Below, in pieces: positions 8,114-16,637 of a DNA stretch of 46,451 nt (its first letter is position 1; every line of letters begins with the position of its first letter). The position numbers and the translations under genes were made by a program. The notes below the pieces were generated by a model that had not been told where the DNA came from, did no database searches, and was given only the letters and a program-made list of their open reading frames with translations. This stretch comes from Thermoproteota archaeon (lineage in GTDB: Archaea > Korarchaeota > Korarchaeia > B14-G2). The stretch is taken from the NCBI GenBank assembly GCA_003661385.1, contig QMWA01000002.1:1-46451 (forward strand). Direction: 5' to 3'.

Positions 8114-8784
8114 TATGATTCCCTTTCTTCAACAAGCTCTCCTTTAACAGTGAATCTCAAGGTCCTGATACCCTTTCTAGTTATCACTGTGACATCTATG
8201 CCGTCGCCTGTACCTGTATCTCTAGATATCGCAGCTTTAACAGCATCTACAGCTAGCTTAATAGCTTGTTCCTCAGTCAACTCAGGTGTGTAGCCCTTTT
8301 CGAGTATGGAGAATGCCAGAAGAGAACCTGATCCTGTCGACAGGTACTTTTCCTCACTGACCATTCCCAATAAGTCTACATTGAGTAGCTGAGGAGATCC
8401 ATCCTCTGAAAAACCAGCTATGATCAGATGTGTGATGTATAGAAATGGGCGCGCATAGAACAGCCTGTGGGATAAGTACACAGCAACTTCTCTTGGGGAT
8501 AGCCTGTGCTTGTTCTCATAAAGCTCATAGCCTGCTACGGCGGCAGCTAGCTGCGTTAAGAACTGAGCATCAGCTACTAAGCCAGAAATTGTAGCATAAA
8601 CGTCATCAGATATTCTAATAGTCTTTCTAGCAACCTTACTTGATACAAGCATACCTCTGGAAGCCCTTCTATCGGAAGCTAATACTACACCATCAGAGTA
8701 CACGAGCCCTACAGTCGTTGTCTTCGACTCTAGCAGCGTAGAAGCCTTATCTGACCTGAGCTCTAGCATGTTACAGCACCTCAC
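8113..8784 (-). CDS. psmB: proteasome subunit beta
   Basis: Propeptide followed by TTTVGLVYSDGVVLASDRRAS (active-site Thr). The start may be at 8769. Confidence 0.9.
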   Translation of the reverse strand: MRCCNMLELRSDKASTLLESKTTTVGLVYSDGVVLASDRRASRGMLVSSKVARKTIRISDDVYATISGLVADAQFLTQLAAAVAGYELYENKHRLSPREVAVYLSHRLFYARPFLYITHLIIAGFSEDGSPQLLNVDLLGMVSEEKYLSTGSGSLLAFSILEKGYTPELTEEQAIKLAVDAVKAAISRDTGTGDGIDVTVITRKGIRTLRFTVKGELVEERES

Positions 8785-8824
8785 CTGACTTTAAAGAGCA
8801 GCCCCCAAGTGGTGTGGACCCAAC

Positions 8825-9253
8825 ATGGGGAAGGTTACCCTCATAGGCAAGCTACAGGCTAGAGTAGGCTGGGAATTTATATTTCTTGGGGAGGCAACAG
8901 CATGCAAGAGATGCAGACTTAGGGCAGTATGTGTCGAAAGCCTTCAGCCAGAGCGGAGGTACACGATTAAAAACGTGAAGAGGAGGGTATTCAAGTGCCA
9001 GCTGCATGGAGAAGTTGTGGCAGTAGAGGTTGAGCCTTCACCACTTGAGGTAGCGATGGAAAGCAGAAGTGTTCACGAGGGCGCAGTTACCCAGTTCATA
9101 GAGCAGAACTGCGGCATCGCGTGCTGGAATAAGAGCCTGTGTAAGCCTGTTGGACTGCCTTCTGGGACCAAAGTCAAGGTAGAAAGTGACCTAGGAGAAA
9201 TCGACTGCCCTCTTGGAAGAAGTTTGAGAAAATGCCGGGTAATCCCTCTTTAG
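8825..9253 (+). CDS. UPF0179 family protein
   Basis: VTLIGKLQARVGWEFIFLGEATACKRCRLRAVC...RYTIKNV...FKCQLHGEVVAVEV matches the UPF0179 layout. A TATA-like CTTTAAAG sits about 30 nt upstream. Confidence 0.6.
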   Translation: MGKVTLIGKLQARVGWEFIFLGEATACKRCRLRAVCVESLQPERRYTIKNVKRRVFKCQLHGEVVAVEVEPSPLEVAMESRSVHEGAVTQFIEQNCGIACWNKSLCKPVGLPSGTKVKVESDLGEIDCPLGRSLRKCRVIPL

Positions 9254-9973
9254 TTACCTTGCAAGCTCATAAACCTCAGTTAACTCCAGCTTAGATACCT
9301 CCCGGAGGTACCTGCTAACTAAAGCAAGGAAATACGCCTTTCTCGCAGCAAGCTCGCTTATCGTCTCTGGAGAAGCTAGGGTTCTTACCTTAACACAGCC
9401 ATCCTCTACTTTAAGAAGCTCAGGCTTGGAGCCATATGCCTTCTCGAACACTGCACTAGCTTTTTCCTCAGGGCTCTCAAGGATCTTTCTGAGAATTACC
9501 CTGTACTTTAGGGTCTTAGATGCCAGCGGATGATTAAAGTTTACTCTAACTCTACCTCCACTCACCGACTCTATAACACCTCTAACTCCATTTATCTCAA
9601 CTTCCTCTCCTGGCACCAGCCTTGCGCCAGATCTTCTAATTCTACGCTCTGGAAACATCCTCACCTTAGAAGGATCTCTTTTACCATACGCCTTTTCAGG
9701 AGGAACCTCAAAAACTCTCTCCTCGCCCTCATACATCCCCAATATCCCCTCATCAAGGCCCCGAGTAACCCATCTAGCGCCTAAGATCAGTAGTACAGGC
9801 TTATATTCCCGGTTCTCATCGAGCTTACCCTCCCTTTCAGCTGTCTCTCTCATTGTAGTCTCAAGCAGCTCGTCAGTATCCTTAATCCAACAGTCGTAGT
9901 CTACTAGGACAAAGTCCCCTAGCTTAGCAGCCTTACTCTGCTTCTCTACAACCTCAGCTTTAGCAGCAGCCAT
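9254..9973 (-). CDS. FKBP-type peptidyl-prolyl cis-trans isomerase (long archaeal type)
   Basis: GDFVLVDYDCW...LGARWVTRGLDEGILGMYEGEERVFEVPPEKAYGKRDP. Confidence 0.75.
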   Translation of the reverse strand: MAAAKAEVVEKQSKAAKLGDFVLVDYDCWIKDTDELLETTMRETAEREGKLDENREYKPVLLILGARWVTRGLDEGILGMYEGEERVFEVPPEKAYGKRDPSKVRMFPERRIRRSGARLVPGEEVEINGVRGVIESVSGGRVRVNFNHPLASKTLKYRVILRKILESPEEKASAVFEKAYGSKPELLKVEDGCVKVRTLASPETISELAARKAYFLALVSRYLREVSKLELTEVYELAR

Positions 9974-10027
9974 AGGAAGGCAGGGGCTTACGCCTTTAAA
10001 AATAGTGCCTTAAGTCTTAGTAGTAGG

Positions 10028-10855
10028 ATGTACAGCAGAAAAAGGCAGCTACCAGAGATAAAAGACGGCATTAAGCCGATTACCAAGCTCTCTCAGAGGT
10101 TCATGGTAGATAAAGGTGTGCTTGAGTTCATAGCTAGAGCAGCAAATATATCTGAGAGGGATATAGTGCTTGAAATAGGAGGAGGCTTAGGTTCACTTAC
10201 CCAAGTAATCTTGCAACATAACCCTTGTAAACTCATAGTTGTAGAGAAGGATGCAAGGCTCTATGCTATCCTTAGACAAAAGTTTACTGGGCAGAGTAAT
10301 GTTCACGTGATCTTAGGAGATATATTGGAATACACACCCCCATTAAGCCTTACGAAGGTGGTTTCAAACCCACCATACCACATAATCTCAAGCCTACTCA
10401 CTAAGATGTTAGAATGGCCCTTTAAGGTGGCAGTCCTTACAGTACAGAGGGAGATAGGATATAGGCTTGTATCTAAGCCTGGGACGAAGAGCTATGGTAG
10501 ATTATCAGTTTTATATAGGCTGGGACACGACATTGAGCTGCTGCGAGCTGTACCTGCTAGGTGCTTCTATCCAAAGCCGAAGGTAAGCTCGGTAGTAGTG
10601 AGGATAGCAAGAACAAGAGAACTAAACTTGAACTACGGGGAGTTTTCTATGTTTCTCAAGCAACTTTTTGCCCATAGAAGAAAGAAGCTGAAAAATAGCT
10701 TGAGGAGTATCGGGCTAAAGAGACAAGAGCTTGAACACCTATTAAAGGCCATTAAAGGAGACAAGCTATGTGAGAGGGTTGATAAGTTAAGCCCTAATGA
10801 ACTCTTAGAGATATATGAGGAGTATAAGAAAGCAGCTAAAAAGGAGTTAACATAA
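10028..10855 (+). CDS. rsmA: 16S rRNA (adenine1518/1519-N6)-dimethyltransferase KsgA/Dim1
   Basis: SAM motif VLEIGGGLGSLT, NPPY motif VVSNPPYHI. A TATA-like CCTTTAAAAATAG sits 25-35 nt upstream. Confidence 0.9.
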   Translation: MYSRKRQLPEIKDGIKPITKLSQRFMVDKGVLEFIARAANISERDIVLEIGGGLGSLTQVILQHNPCKLIVVEKDARLYAILRQKFTGQSNVHVILGDILEYTPPLSLTKVVSNPPYHIISSLLTKMLEWPFKVAVLTVQREIGYRLVSKPGTKSYGRLSVLYRLGHDIELLRAVPARCFYPKPKVSSVVVRIARTRELNLNYGEFSMFLKQLFAHRRKKLKNSLRSIGLKRQELEHLLKAIKGDKLCERVDKLSPNELLEIYEEYKKAAKKELT

Positions 10856-11036
10856 TTTTTCTAAGCTTCTTAGCTTTATTATAGTGTTCCCTACAAAGCC
10901 ATATAGCCCCTGCTTTGACATCGATAGAAAACCCAAGCTGCTGCAAGAAAGGTATTAATGAGCGGCTAGCTTTCTTAGCAGCAGGCTTTCCACAACCAAC
11001 TACAGCACACTTCTTGGCAGTATCACTCAAGACCAT
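10836..11036 (-). CDS. hypothetical small CCCH zinc-finger protein
   Basis: 66 aa with C-x4-C (CAVVGC) ... C-x2-H (CREH) spacing and a basic tail. It overlaps the ksgA 3' end by 20 nt. Confidence 0.4.
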   Translation of the reverse strand: MVLSDTAKKCAVVGCGKPAAKKASRSLIPFLQQLGFSIDVKAGAIWLCREHYNKAKKLRKIMLTPF

Positions 11037-11047
11037 CCCTTAGTGAG

Positions 11048-11122
11048 TGCGGCCGCCGGGATTCGAACCCGGGTCACCGGCTCGGGAGGCCGATGTCCTA
11101 GACCAGGCTAGACGACGGCCGC
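11048..11122 (-). tRNA. tRNA-Gly(CCC), intronless
   Basis: GCGGCCG/CGGCCGC acceptor, loop CT-CCC-GA, T arm CCGGG-TTCGAAT-CCCGG. 75 nt. Confidence 0.9.
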
Positions 11123-11144
11123 CACACCAAACCTAGTCTACAGG

Positions 11145-11154
11145 TTTAATAAAG
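11145..11154 (-). promoter_or_regulatory. TATA box for tRNA-Gly
   Basis: CTTTATTAAA on the minus strand, 23-32 nt upstream of the 5' end at 11122. Confidence 0.45.
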
Positions 11155-11185
11155 ATTAGCACTGAAACTTAGAGTGTTGTAGGAG

Positions 11186-11288
11186 TGGTGCCGTGGGCCG
11201 GACTCTCACTGCATTTTTGAACCGGCGACAACGCGGTCTTCAGCTACGCGTTACCATCGCGCGCTCTCCCAGGCTGAGCTACCACGGC
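11186..11288 (-). tRNA. tRNA-Phe(GAA) with two 13-nt introns (30/31 at 11245-11257; 59/60 at 11203-11215); CCA encoded
   Basis: Exons rebuild GCCGTGG..CGCGG-CTGAAGA-CCGCG..GCCGG-TTCAAAT-CCGGC..CCACGGC-A-CCA. Both introns satisfy the 4-bp central-helix rule (CGCG/CGCG and UUCA/UGAG). Confidence 0.8.
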
Positions 11289-11314
11289 ACCGAGTATAGG
11301 TCGGTAAAGCCAAC

Positions 11315-11321
11315 TAATAAA
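11315..11321 (-). promoter_or_regulatory. TATA box for tRNA-Phe
   Basis: TTTATTA on the minus strand, 27-33 nt upstream of the 5' end at 11288. Confidence 0.4.
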
Positions 11322-11376
11322 CTCTTCTATTGGTGCATAACCACACTGTAACAAGGAAATGATTAGAGAATGAAGC

Positions 11377-11464
11377 TGGTGGGCCGGGAGGGACTCGAAC
11401 CCTCGACCTCCGCCTCGTAAGGGCGGCCTTATGCTAGTGAGTCATACCCCTAGACCACCGGCCC
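11377..11464 (-). tRNA. tRNA-Val(UAC) with a 13-nt intron at 25/26 (11428-11440); CCA encoded
   Basis: Anticodon arm CCGCC-CTTACGA-GGCGG. The intron central helix UAUG/CAUA is perfect. The 5' end lies 2 nt after the L40e stop codon. Confidence 0.8.
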
Positions 11465-11466
11465 GG

Positions 11467-11631
11467 CTACCTACTCTTGGGCTTCTCATGCTTTGGTCTT
11501 AAGTTTTTAGACTTGCACCTTCTGCACTTAGTTGCACCATAGAAGTTGCGTGCTCCGCATTCTCTGCATATCTTGTATCTCAGCAGAGCTCTCATCGCTA
11601 TCTGCCTTTTAAATGGGTCTTCTATAGGCAT
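11467..11631 (-). CDS. rpl40e: 50S ribosomal protein L40e (54 aa; below the ORF-track cut-off)
   Basis: Hand translation gives MPIEDPFKRQIAMRALLRYKICRECGARNFYGATKCRRCKSKNLRPKHEKPKSR, which carries the typical L40e N-terminus and CxxC..CxxC ribbon. Confidence 0.85.
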   Translation of the reverse strand: MPIEDPFKRQIAMRALLRYKICRECGARNFYGATKCRRCKSKNLRPKHEKPKSR

Positions 11632-11660
11632 ACGAGGTCTACTTCCTCACAGCTACCTAA

Positions 11661-11671
11661 CATATAAAAGG
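11661..11671. promoter_or_regulatory. AT-rich TATA element between divergent L40e and wHTH genes
   Basis: CATATAAAAGG lies 26-35 nt upstream of ATG 11696 on the plus strand and 30-40 nt upstream of ATG 11631 on the minus strand. Confidence 0.4.
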
Positions 11672-11695
11672 GTTCTTACATTGATTGTGGGGAGC

Positions 11696-11941
11696 ATGGA
11701 GAGCAACCAAGATCTGGAAATCAAGATTCTATCGATTGTAGAGAGCAGGGATGGAGTTCATTTAAGAGAGCTGCTTACAGCCATTAGAGTGGGATTTAGT
11801 AGGTTAAGACAAGTGTTAGAGGCACTTGAGGAGAAGGGAGAAATCGTGATCAAGAAGCATGGAGGCTATACGTTTGTTGCCATCACAGATAATGGAAGGA
11901 AAAGGCTGCTGGAAGCTAGAGGCGAGGTGGAGGAGGCCTAA
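11696..11941 (+). CDS. small winged-helix (wHTH) DNA-binding protein
   Basis: ILSIVESRDGVHLRELLTAIRVGFSRLRQVLEALEEKGEIVIKKHGGYTFVAIT. The upstream part of track ORF 11546 overlaps L40e and is rejected. An alternative GTG is at 11687. Confidence 0.55.
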   Translation: MESNQDLEIKILSIVESRDGVHLRELLTAIRVGFSRLRQVLEALEEKGEIVIKKHGGYTFVAITDNGRKRLLEARGEVEEA

Positions 11942-12013
11942 GCTGAAGTGATGCAGCCTCTATGAAAAGTGTTTAATAGTAAAGGAGCTGGCAAGGTGTA
12001 GAGTGCTGTAGCA

Positions 12014-12520
12014 GTGGAAGTGGTACCAATGAAGTTTCCACTTGACGTGTTATGTGTGAGAACAGGGACATTCTGCCCAGTATGTAGAGCGAAGATACAG
12101 GAAGGAAAGGTAACTCAGACAGATATTGATGTTATTAAGGTCTTAATAGACATCCCTGAAGCATCGAAGATGGAAGGAGAGTATGTGAAGAGTATAAAGA
12201 CAGAAAGGGGGATTTGGGTCGTCATAAAGGGAGATATAAGCGAAGCGCAGGCTAGATCTCTTGGCAGATCCATGAGTAGAAGGCTAAAAAGCAGGGTTAG
12301 AGTCATTAGATACAAGGAGGGGGAGATAGAGAAGCTAATTGCAAGCATCCTTGCACCACATCAAATAGTGGGGATGAGTAGGAGGTATATTTTCGAGGAC
12401 CTCGTGATACTAAAGATCTTCGTGAGGTTGAAGGGGAGAAAGAGCAGGAGAAGCTTAGATGAGGAGAGGGAGATCATTAGCCAGCTTATTGGGATGCCTA
12501 TCTTGATAGAGGAGGTTTAA
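12014..12520 (+). CDS. hypothetical protein with N-terminal C..CxxC element, possibly RNA-binding
   Basis: 168 codons of charged, protein-like composition, containing LCVRTGTFCPVCRAKI. I do not recognise the family with confidence. An alternative ATG is at 12029. Confidence 0.45.
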   Translation: MEVVPMKFPLDVLCVRTGTFCPVCRAKIQEGKVTQTDIDVIKVLIDIPEASKMEGEYVKSIKTERGIWVVIKGDISEAQARSLGRSMSRRLKSRVRVIRYKEGEIEKLIASILAPHQIVGMSRRYIFEDLVILKIFVRLKGRKSRRSLDEEREIISQLIGMPILIEEV

Positions 12521-13742
12521 GGCCGCCTTCATAGTCTTCTATGTGGCTGCTTTTCATGAACTCCCTGAGTACGATGCTTGCATATCCTCCTCGCTCTAGA
12601 TAGAAGGATAGAACTACTGAGTTTCTATCCACATCAACTTCTAGGAATTTAGGCCATAAGACTGCAGACCTGATCGCTCCAGCTAGCTGGGAGGGCCAGC
12701 GCTTCACGTCAGCATGGGAGAGCCCTGCTTCCCTTAAAGCCTGGCTTAACGCCTGGGATAATGGACCTCGGTAGAGTTTGAGCGTGCTGTAGCCAGGAAT
12801 CGGTACACAGATAGATGCAATCCCAGATGAGCATAGCTTAGTGAGTTTAGCTGCATCCCATGAAGTCCTTGCTACAACATACCTCTCAAAGATCTTCACT
12901 ATGGTACCAGGCCTTACTCTGGTGAAGTTAAAGCCGTTATCAGCTAGTATAGACAGTACTCTGTTAAATAGGTAGGCTTGATAGCTCTGCAGAATTATGG
13001 AAAGAACTCTTGGCGGTAGTGCGGATATCGCCCTTGAGATGCCTCCCCTCCTGTCTTTGAGCCTCCTAATAACCTTGGCTTCATATGAGAACGGTGTGGC
13101 ATACGGGGACTCTTTTATAGCTTGCTCTAAAAGCTGGAGATCTGCCTGGAGTACAGCTTTGGCAATAAGCAGATTAACTGGGGTGGGTATTCCAAATCTC
13201 TGATAGCCAAAGTAGTTCAGGCACCCCGACTCCCTTAGCTCAGCTGCTAGCTGCTGGATCCGCTTTGAAGAAGCTCCTATGATCCTGATTCTGAATACAT
13301 TCCCCTTCAGCTCTCTGGTAGCTATGTGATGGCTAGAGTAGCCTATGTACCTCACCTTTATGCCCTGAGGCAGGCTCTGAGAGGTTATTCTAGAGGCAGC
13401 TGGAATTGTTACTATCTGATGTGATATAGCTCTCTTGTCCTTAATTCCAGCATATCGGATAGCATCCACACTTATTTTAGCAGCTTTAGCGAGTTGAGCT
13501 GCAGCATACATCGTCGTGTGCCCTATCTTGGAGAGAACATAGCATCTGTATCTTCCAGCCCTCAGATGAGTTGACTGCAGCAAGCTAGCTCTGATAAACG
13601 GGGGATAAACTTCGTCGACAACAAAGTCCCAAGGATACAGCTTAGCTACTCCACCTGCCCCAGGAGGACTTGTTGAATAGAAGTTTAAACCTATTTCTGT
13701 CTCATATGTGGAACTCGTAGGGACTAGCCGCATCACCATCAC
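12498..13742 (-). CDS. truD: tRNA pseudouridine synthase TruD/Pus7 family
   Basis: Catalytic motif YAGIKDKRAISHQ; FGYQRFG motif; size is appropriate. Confidence 0.85.
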   Translation of the reverse strand: MMVMRLVPTSSTYETEIGLNFYSTSPPGAGGVAKLYPWDFVVDEVYPPFIRASLLQSTHLRAGRYRCYVLSKIGHTTMYAAAQLAKAAKISVDAIRYAGIKDKRAISHQIVTIPAASRITSQSLPQGIKVRYIGYSSHHIATRELKGNVFRIRIIGASSKRIQQLAAELRESGCLNYFGYQRFGIPTPVNLLIAKAVLQADLQLLEQAIKESPYATPFSYEAKVIRRLKDRRGGISRAISALPPRVLSIILQSYQAYLFNRVLSILADNGFNFTRVRPGTIVKIFERYVVARTSWDAAKLTKLCSSGIASICVPIPGYSTLKLYRGPLSQALSQALREAGLSHADVKRWPSQLAGAIRSAVLWPKFLEVDVDRNSVVLSFYLERGGYASIVLREFMKSSHIEDYEGGLKPPLSR

Positions 13743-14110
13743 AGCAGCTTAAGGTGGCCAGTTATCTTATCTACCTCCTCTTCTCTAGCTGGACCTATCG
13801 CAGCCGCAGTTATGGTTCCAGGGGGGACTTCCGTGAGACCTGCGTCCCTTATTAGTGATGCTGGTAGGCCAGCTTTCTTAGCTTTATTATAGTACTCGGT
13901 GAGCTCGTTTTCCCCGCTGCACCTGAGAACGACTTTCTTGCCGCCCTCCTTTCTCCACAATCTGTACGCCTCTGGGTATAGCTTACGGGCCTCCTCGGCT
14001 GCCTCAAGTGAAGCATGACAAGCCTGTGCTATTATCTTCCCAATAGACATTTTTAGGTCTACTCTAATCAGTATGCATTGCTTAAACCTGAACTTTCTCA
14101 GATGCATCAC
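13739..14110 (-). CDS. pth: peptidyl-tRNA hydrolase, archaeal type (Pth2)
   Basis: ILIRVDLKMSIGKIIAQACHAS...DAGLTEVPPGTITAAAIGP...ITGHLKLL. Confidence 0.9.
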   Translation of the reverse strand: MMHLRKFRFKQCILIRVDLKMSIGKIIAQACHASLEAAEEARKLYPEAYRLWRKEGGKKVVLRCSGENELTEYYNKAKKAGLPASLIRDAGLTEVPPGTITAAAIGPAREEEVDKITGHLKLL

Positions 14111-15221
14111 CTAGAATGTGTGTGAAAAGCCTTAGATACCTTTTTGCTGTCAGTTCCCAGGTGAACTTTCTCGCGATGCTAATAGCTCTCTTAACGATGT
14201 ACTCAGCTAGGCTAGGGTCTTCTAAAATGGCTTTTATGGCGTTAGCCAGCTCTAAGCAGGAGTGAGGGTTGACTACTATAGCATGACGCCAGTTTACTAA
14301 GACATCAGAGACGCCAGCGAATCTAGAGACAATGACTGGCGTGCCGACAGCCATCGCCTCCAGTACAGTCAACCCCCAAGCTTCTCTAGTTGATGGCACA
14401 ACAAGGACGTCTGCAGACCTCAGCACATACGGGACCTTATCCCTAGAGACCTCAGGAATGAGAGCAACACGGCTCCCTACCTTGAGACCTGAGGCTTCTT
14501 TCAATATTTCCCTAGCCAGCGGCCCTCTTCCGCAGTACACTAGATAAGTGTCCTGCAAGCTCCTAACCAGCTTCTTAAATGCAGGAAGAAGCACTAGAGG
14601 GTTTTTATATGGGATTAGAGGAGCCATAAACAGTATTATCCTCGCGTGCACAGGCAAGCCCACAGCCCTTCTGGCTTCCTCACGAGGGATCTTAGCAATA
14701 GAGGAGAGCCCCTTGAAGTCTACCCCGCCAGGTATCACTGTGATTCTCTCCCTCGGAAAACCAAGAGCAGCAAGCTCGCAAGCTAACCTTCTGCTCACAG
14801 CAACGTAGAATGTGCATGATAAAAGTAATGGAACTAAGGGGCGCATGACTCCCTTTAATAGAGCTACATCAGAGCCGTGGAAGGTAAGAACCTTGGGAGC
14901 GCGGAGTTTCGCTAGAGAGACAGCGACCCCTGATGTCACAGCGTAGTGGGCGTTCACCACATCAACTCCCCTAAGAAGGGATAAGATTGAAGCTGCAGCT
15001 GAAGCTGAAGCCGTAAAAGTTAGCCCTCTTAGTAAGGGGAGAGAGACTGTGGGCATTCTGTATACAGTCTCCATACCAGCTTTCTTGGATTCAAGATAGG
15101 ATATGACCTCCACCCTCACTCCAGTTCTTGCAAGGCGGGTAGCTACCTCTGTAGCATAGACCTCCACACCAGCTGGAGTAGGATTATATGGGGCTACAAG
15201 CAGAACTGAAGAGAGGAGCAT
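14082..15221 (-). CDS. glycosyltransferase, GT4 family (GT-B fold)
   Basis: C-terminal signature PSTREAWGLTVLEAMAVGTPVIVSRFAGVSDVL. Confidence 0.8.
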   Translation of the reverse strand: MLLSSVLLVAPYNPTPAGVEVYATEVATRLARTGVRVEVISYLESKKAGMETVYRMPTVSLPLLRGLTFTASASAAASILSLLRGVDVVNAHYAVTSGVAVSLAKLRAPKVLTFHGSDVALLKGVMRPLVPLLLSCTFYVAVSRRLACELAALGFPRERITVIPGGVDFKGLSSIAKIPREEARRAVGLPVHARIILFMAPLIPYKNPLVLLPAFKKLVRSLQDTYLVYCGRGPLAREILKEASGLKVGSRVALIPEVSRDKVPYVLRSADVLVVPSTREAWGLTVLEAMAVGTPVIVSRFAGVSDVLVNWRHAIVVNPHSCLELANAIKAILEDPSLAEYIVKRAISIARKFTWELTAKRYLRLFTHILGDASEKVQV

Positions 15222-15254
15222 CTACTGATCAGTGGACACACATGTGAAAGACTG

Positions 15255-15263
15255 TTTAATAAG
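15255..15263 (+). promoter_or_regulatory. TATA box for fen
   Basis: TTTAATAAG, 29-37 nt upstream of the TTG start at 15292, consistent with a leaderless transcript. Confidence 0.4.
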
Positions 15264-15291
15264 TTGATGAAGCATATAGCAGGGACCTAAT

Positions 15292-16323
15292 TTGGGGGTG
15301 AAACTTACCCCTCTAGTGAAGGGGGAGACTTGCGAGTTAGAGGAGCTTTCAGGGAGGGTGCTGGCTATAGACGCATACAACTTTTTCTACCAGTTCCTGG
15401 CTTCAATAAGGCAGCCAGATGGAACTCCTCTGATGGATAGTAAGGGGAGAGTAACCTCAGCCCACTCTGGGACATTTTACAGGACTGCTAACATGCTTAA
15501 GATTGGAATAAAGCCTGTGTTCGTGTTTGATGGAGAACCTAGTCCTCTAAAGAAGGCTACATTAGAGGCCAGAAGGAAGACCAGAGAGGAAGCCATGGAA
15601 AAGTGGATGAAGGCATTAAGAGAAGGCAGAATAGAGGAGGCAAGGAAATATGCCCAAGCAGCAATCGCACTAGATGAGGAAATGGTAAAAGACTTGGAGA
15701 AGCTTATAACAGCCTTAGGAGTACCTGTGGTACACGCGCCAAGCGAGGGAGAAGCACAGTCAGCTTACATGTGTAGCAGAGGAGATGTTTGGGCTACCGC
15801 ATCTCAGGACTATGATTCTCTTGTATTCGGAAGCCCTAGGCTAGTAAGAAACCTAGCTATAGTCGGAAGGCGGAAGCTCCCTGGGAAACAGGTGTATGTC
15901 AAGGTTTCACCGGAAGTGTTTGAGCTGGAGAAGATGCTTAAGGAGCTCGGTATAGGCAGAGAGCAGCTAGTTGCACTGGCAATACTCGTTGGGACAGACT
16001 ATAACCCAGGAGGGGTACCTGGCATAGGACCTAAGAGAGCTTTGAGCATAGTCAGAAAGCATAAGGACATAGATAGGGTATTCAGGGAGGTAAAGTGGGA
16101 GTTTGAGGTAGATCCCATGGAGATAGCGAGGATCTTTCTTGAACCTGATGTCACCAGCAATTATACACTTGAGTGGAAGCCCGTAGATAGAGACAGGGTG
16201 CTAAGAATCCTAGTAGACGAGCATGATTTCAGCTTTGAAAGGGTAAGCAAGGCACTTGATGAGATAGAGGCTGCAGTAGAGAGGGCTAAGAAGAGGAGGA
16301 GTCTAGAAGCCTGGTTCAAATGA
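15292..16323 (+). CDS. fen: flap endonuclease 1
   Basis: MGVKLTPLV N-terminus, XPG-N/XPG-I motifs (FVFDGEPS, EGEAQSAYM, SQDYDSLVFG), and a C-terminal PIP-like SLEAWFK. Confidence 0.95.
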   Translation: MGVKLTPLVKGETCELEELSGRVLAIDAYNFFYQFLASIRQPDGTPLMDSKGRVTSAHSGTFYRTANMLKIGIKPVFVFDGEPSPLKKATLEARRKTREEAMEKWMKALREGRIEEARKYAQAAIALDEEMVKDLEKLITALGVPVVHAPSEGEAQSAYMCSRGDVWATASQDYDSLVFGSPRLVRNLAIVGRRKLPGKQVYVKVSPEVFELEKMLKELGIGREQLVALAILVGTDYNPGGVPGIGPKRALSIVRKHKDIDRVFREVKWEFEVDPMEIARIFLEPDVTSNYTLEWKPVDRDRVLRILVDEHDFSFERVSKALDEIEAAVERAKKRRSLEAWFK

Positions 16324-16545
16324 AAGCTCTCCATGCCTTGTGAGTTCAGCAACCAGGGCGTCGTTTCTTCCCCTATACACCACGACCAGATCCATGAGCT
16401 CCAGCTTCAGGAGAACAGCTCTCAGCTCAGTTTGAGTAACCTCCTTTAGGCAGGTCTTGCGTAGTTCCCTCAGTAAGTCAGCTTCACTAGCCCTCTTGAG
16501 CCGAGATAACACGCTGATAACAGCAGACTCTAAAAGCGAAATCAA
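16303..16545 (-). CDS. hypothetical small protein, possibly wHTH
   Basis: 80 codons with a TTG start and a TATA-like GTAATAAAAC 20-29 nt upstream. It overlaps the fen 3' end by 21 nt. Confidence 0.35.
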   Translation of the reverse strand: MISLLESAVISVLSRLKRASEADLLRELRKTCLKEVTQTELRAVLLKLELMDLVVVYRGRNDALVAELTRHGELSFEPGF

Positions 16546-16637
16546 GATCTCAGACCAGTAGGTGTTTTATTACTGAAATTCCAGCTACAGATATGTGCTC
16601 GCAACCTTTTAAAAGGGTAGCGCCCTGCTAACAGGAC

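Noticed and set aside
5106-11464. Genomically encoded 3' CCA in only 3 of 10 tRNA genes (Ala-GGC, Phe, Val-UAC).
   Set aside because: The observation is real, but mixed CCA encoding is common in archaea. It is not informative on its own.
11546-11695. The upstream extension of the wHTH ORF (track start 11546).
   Set aside because: It overlaps the clearly recognisable L40e gene on the opposite strand. ATG 11696 is correctly spaced from a TATA element.
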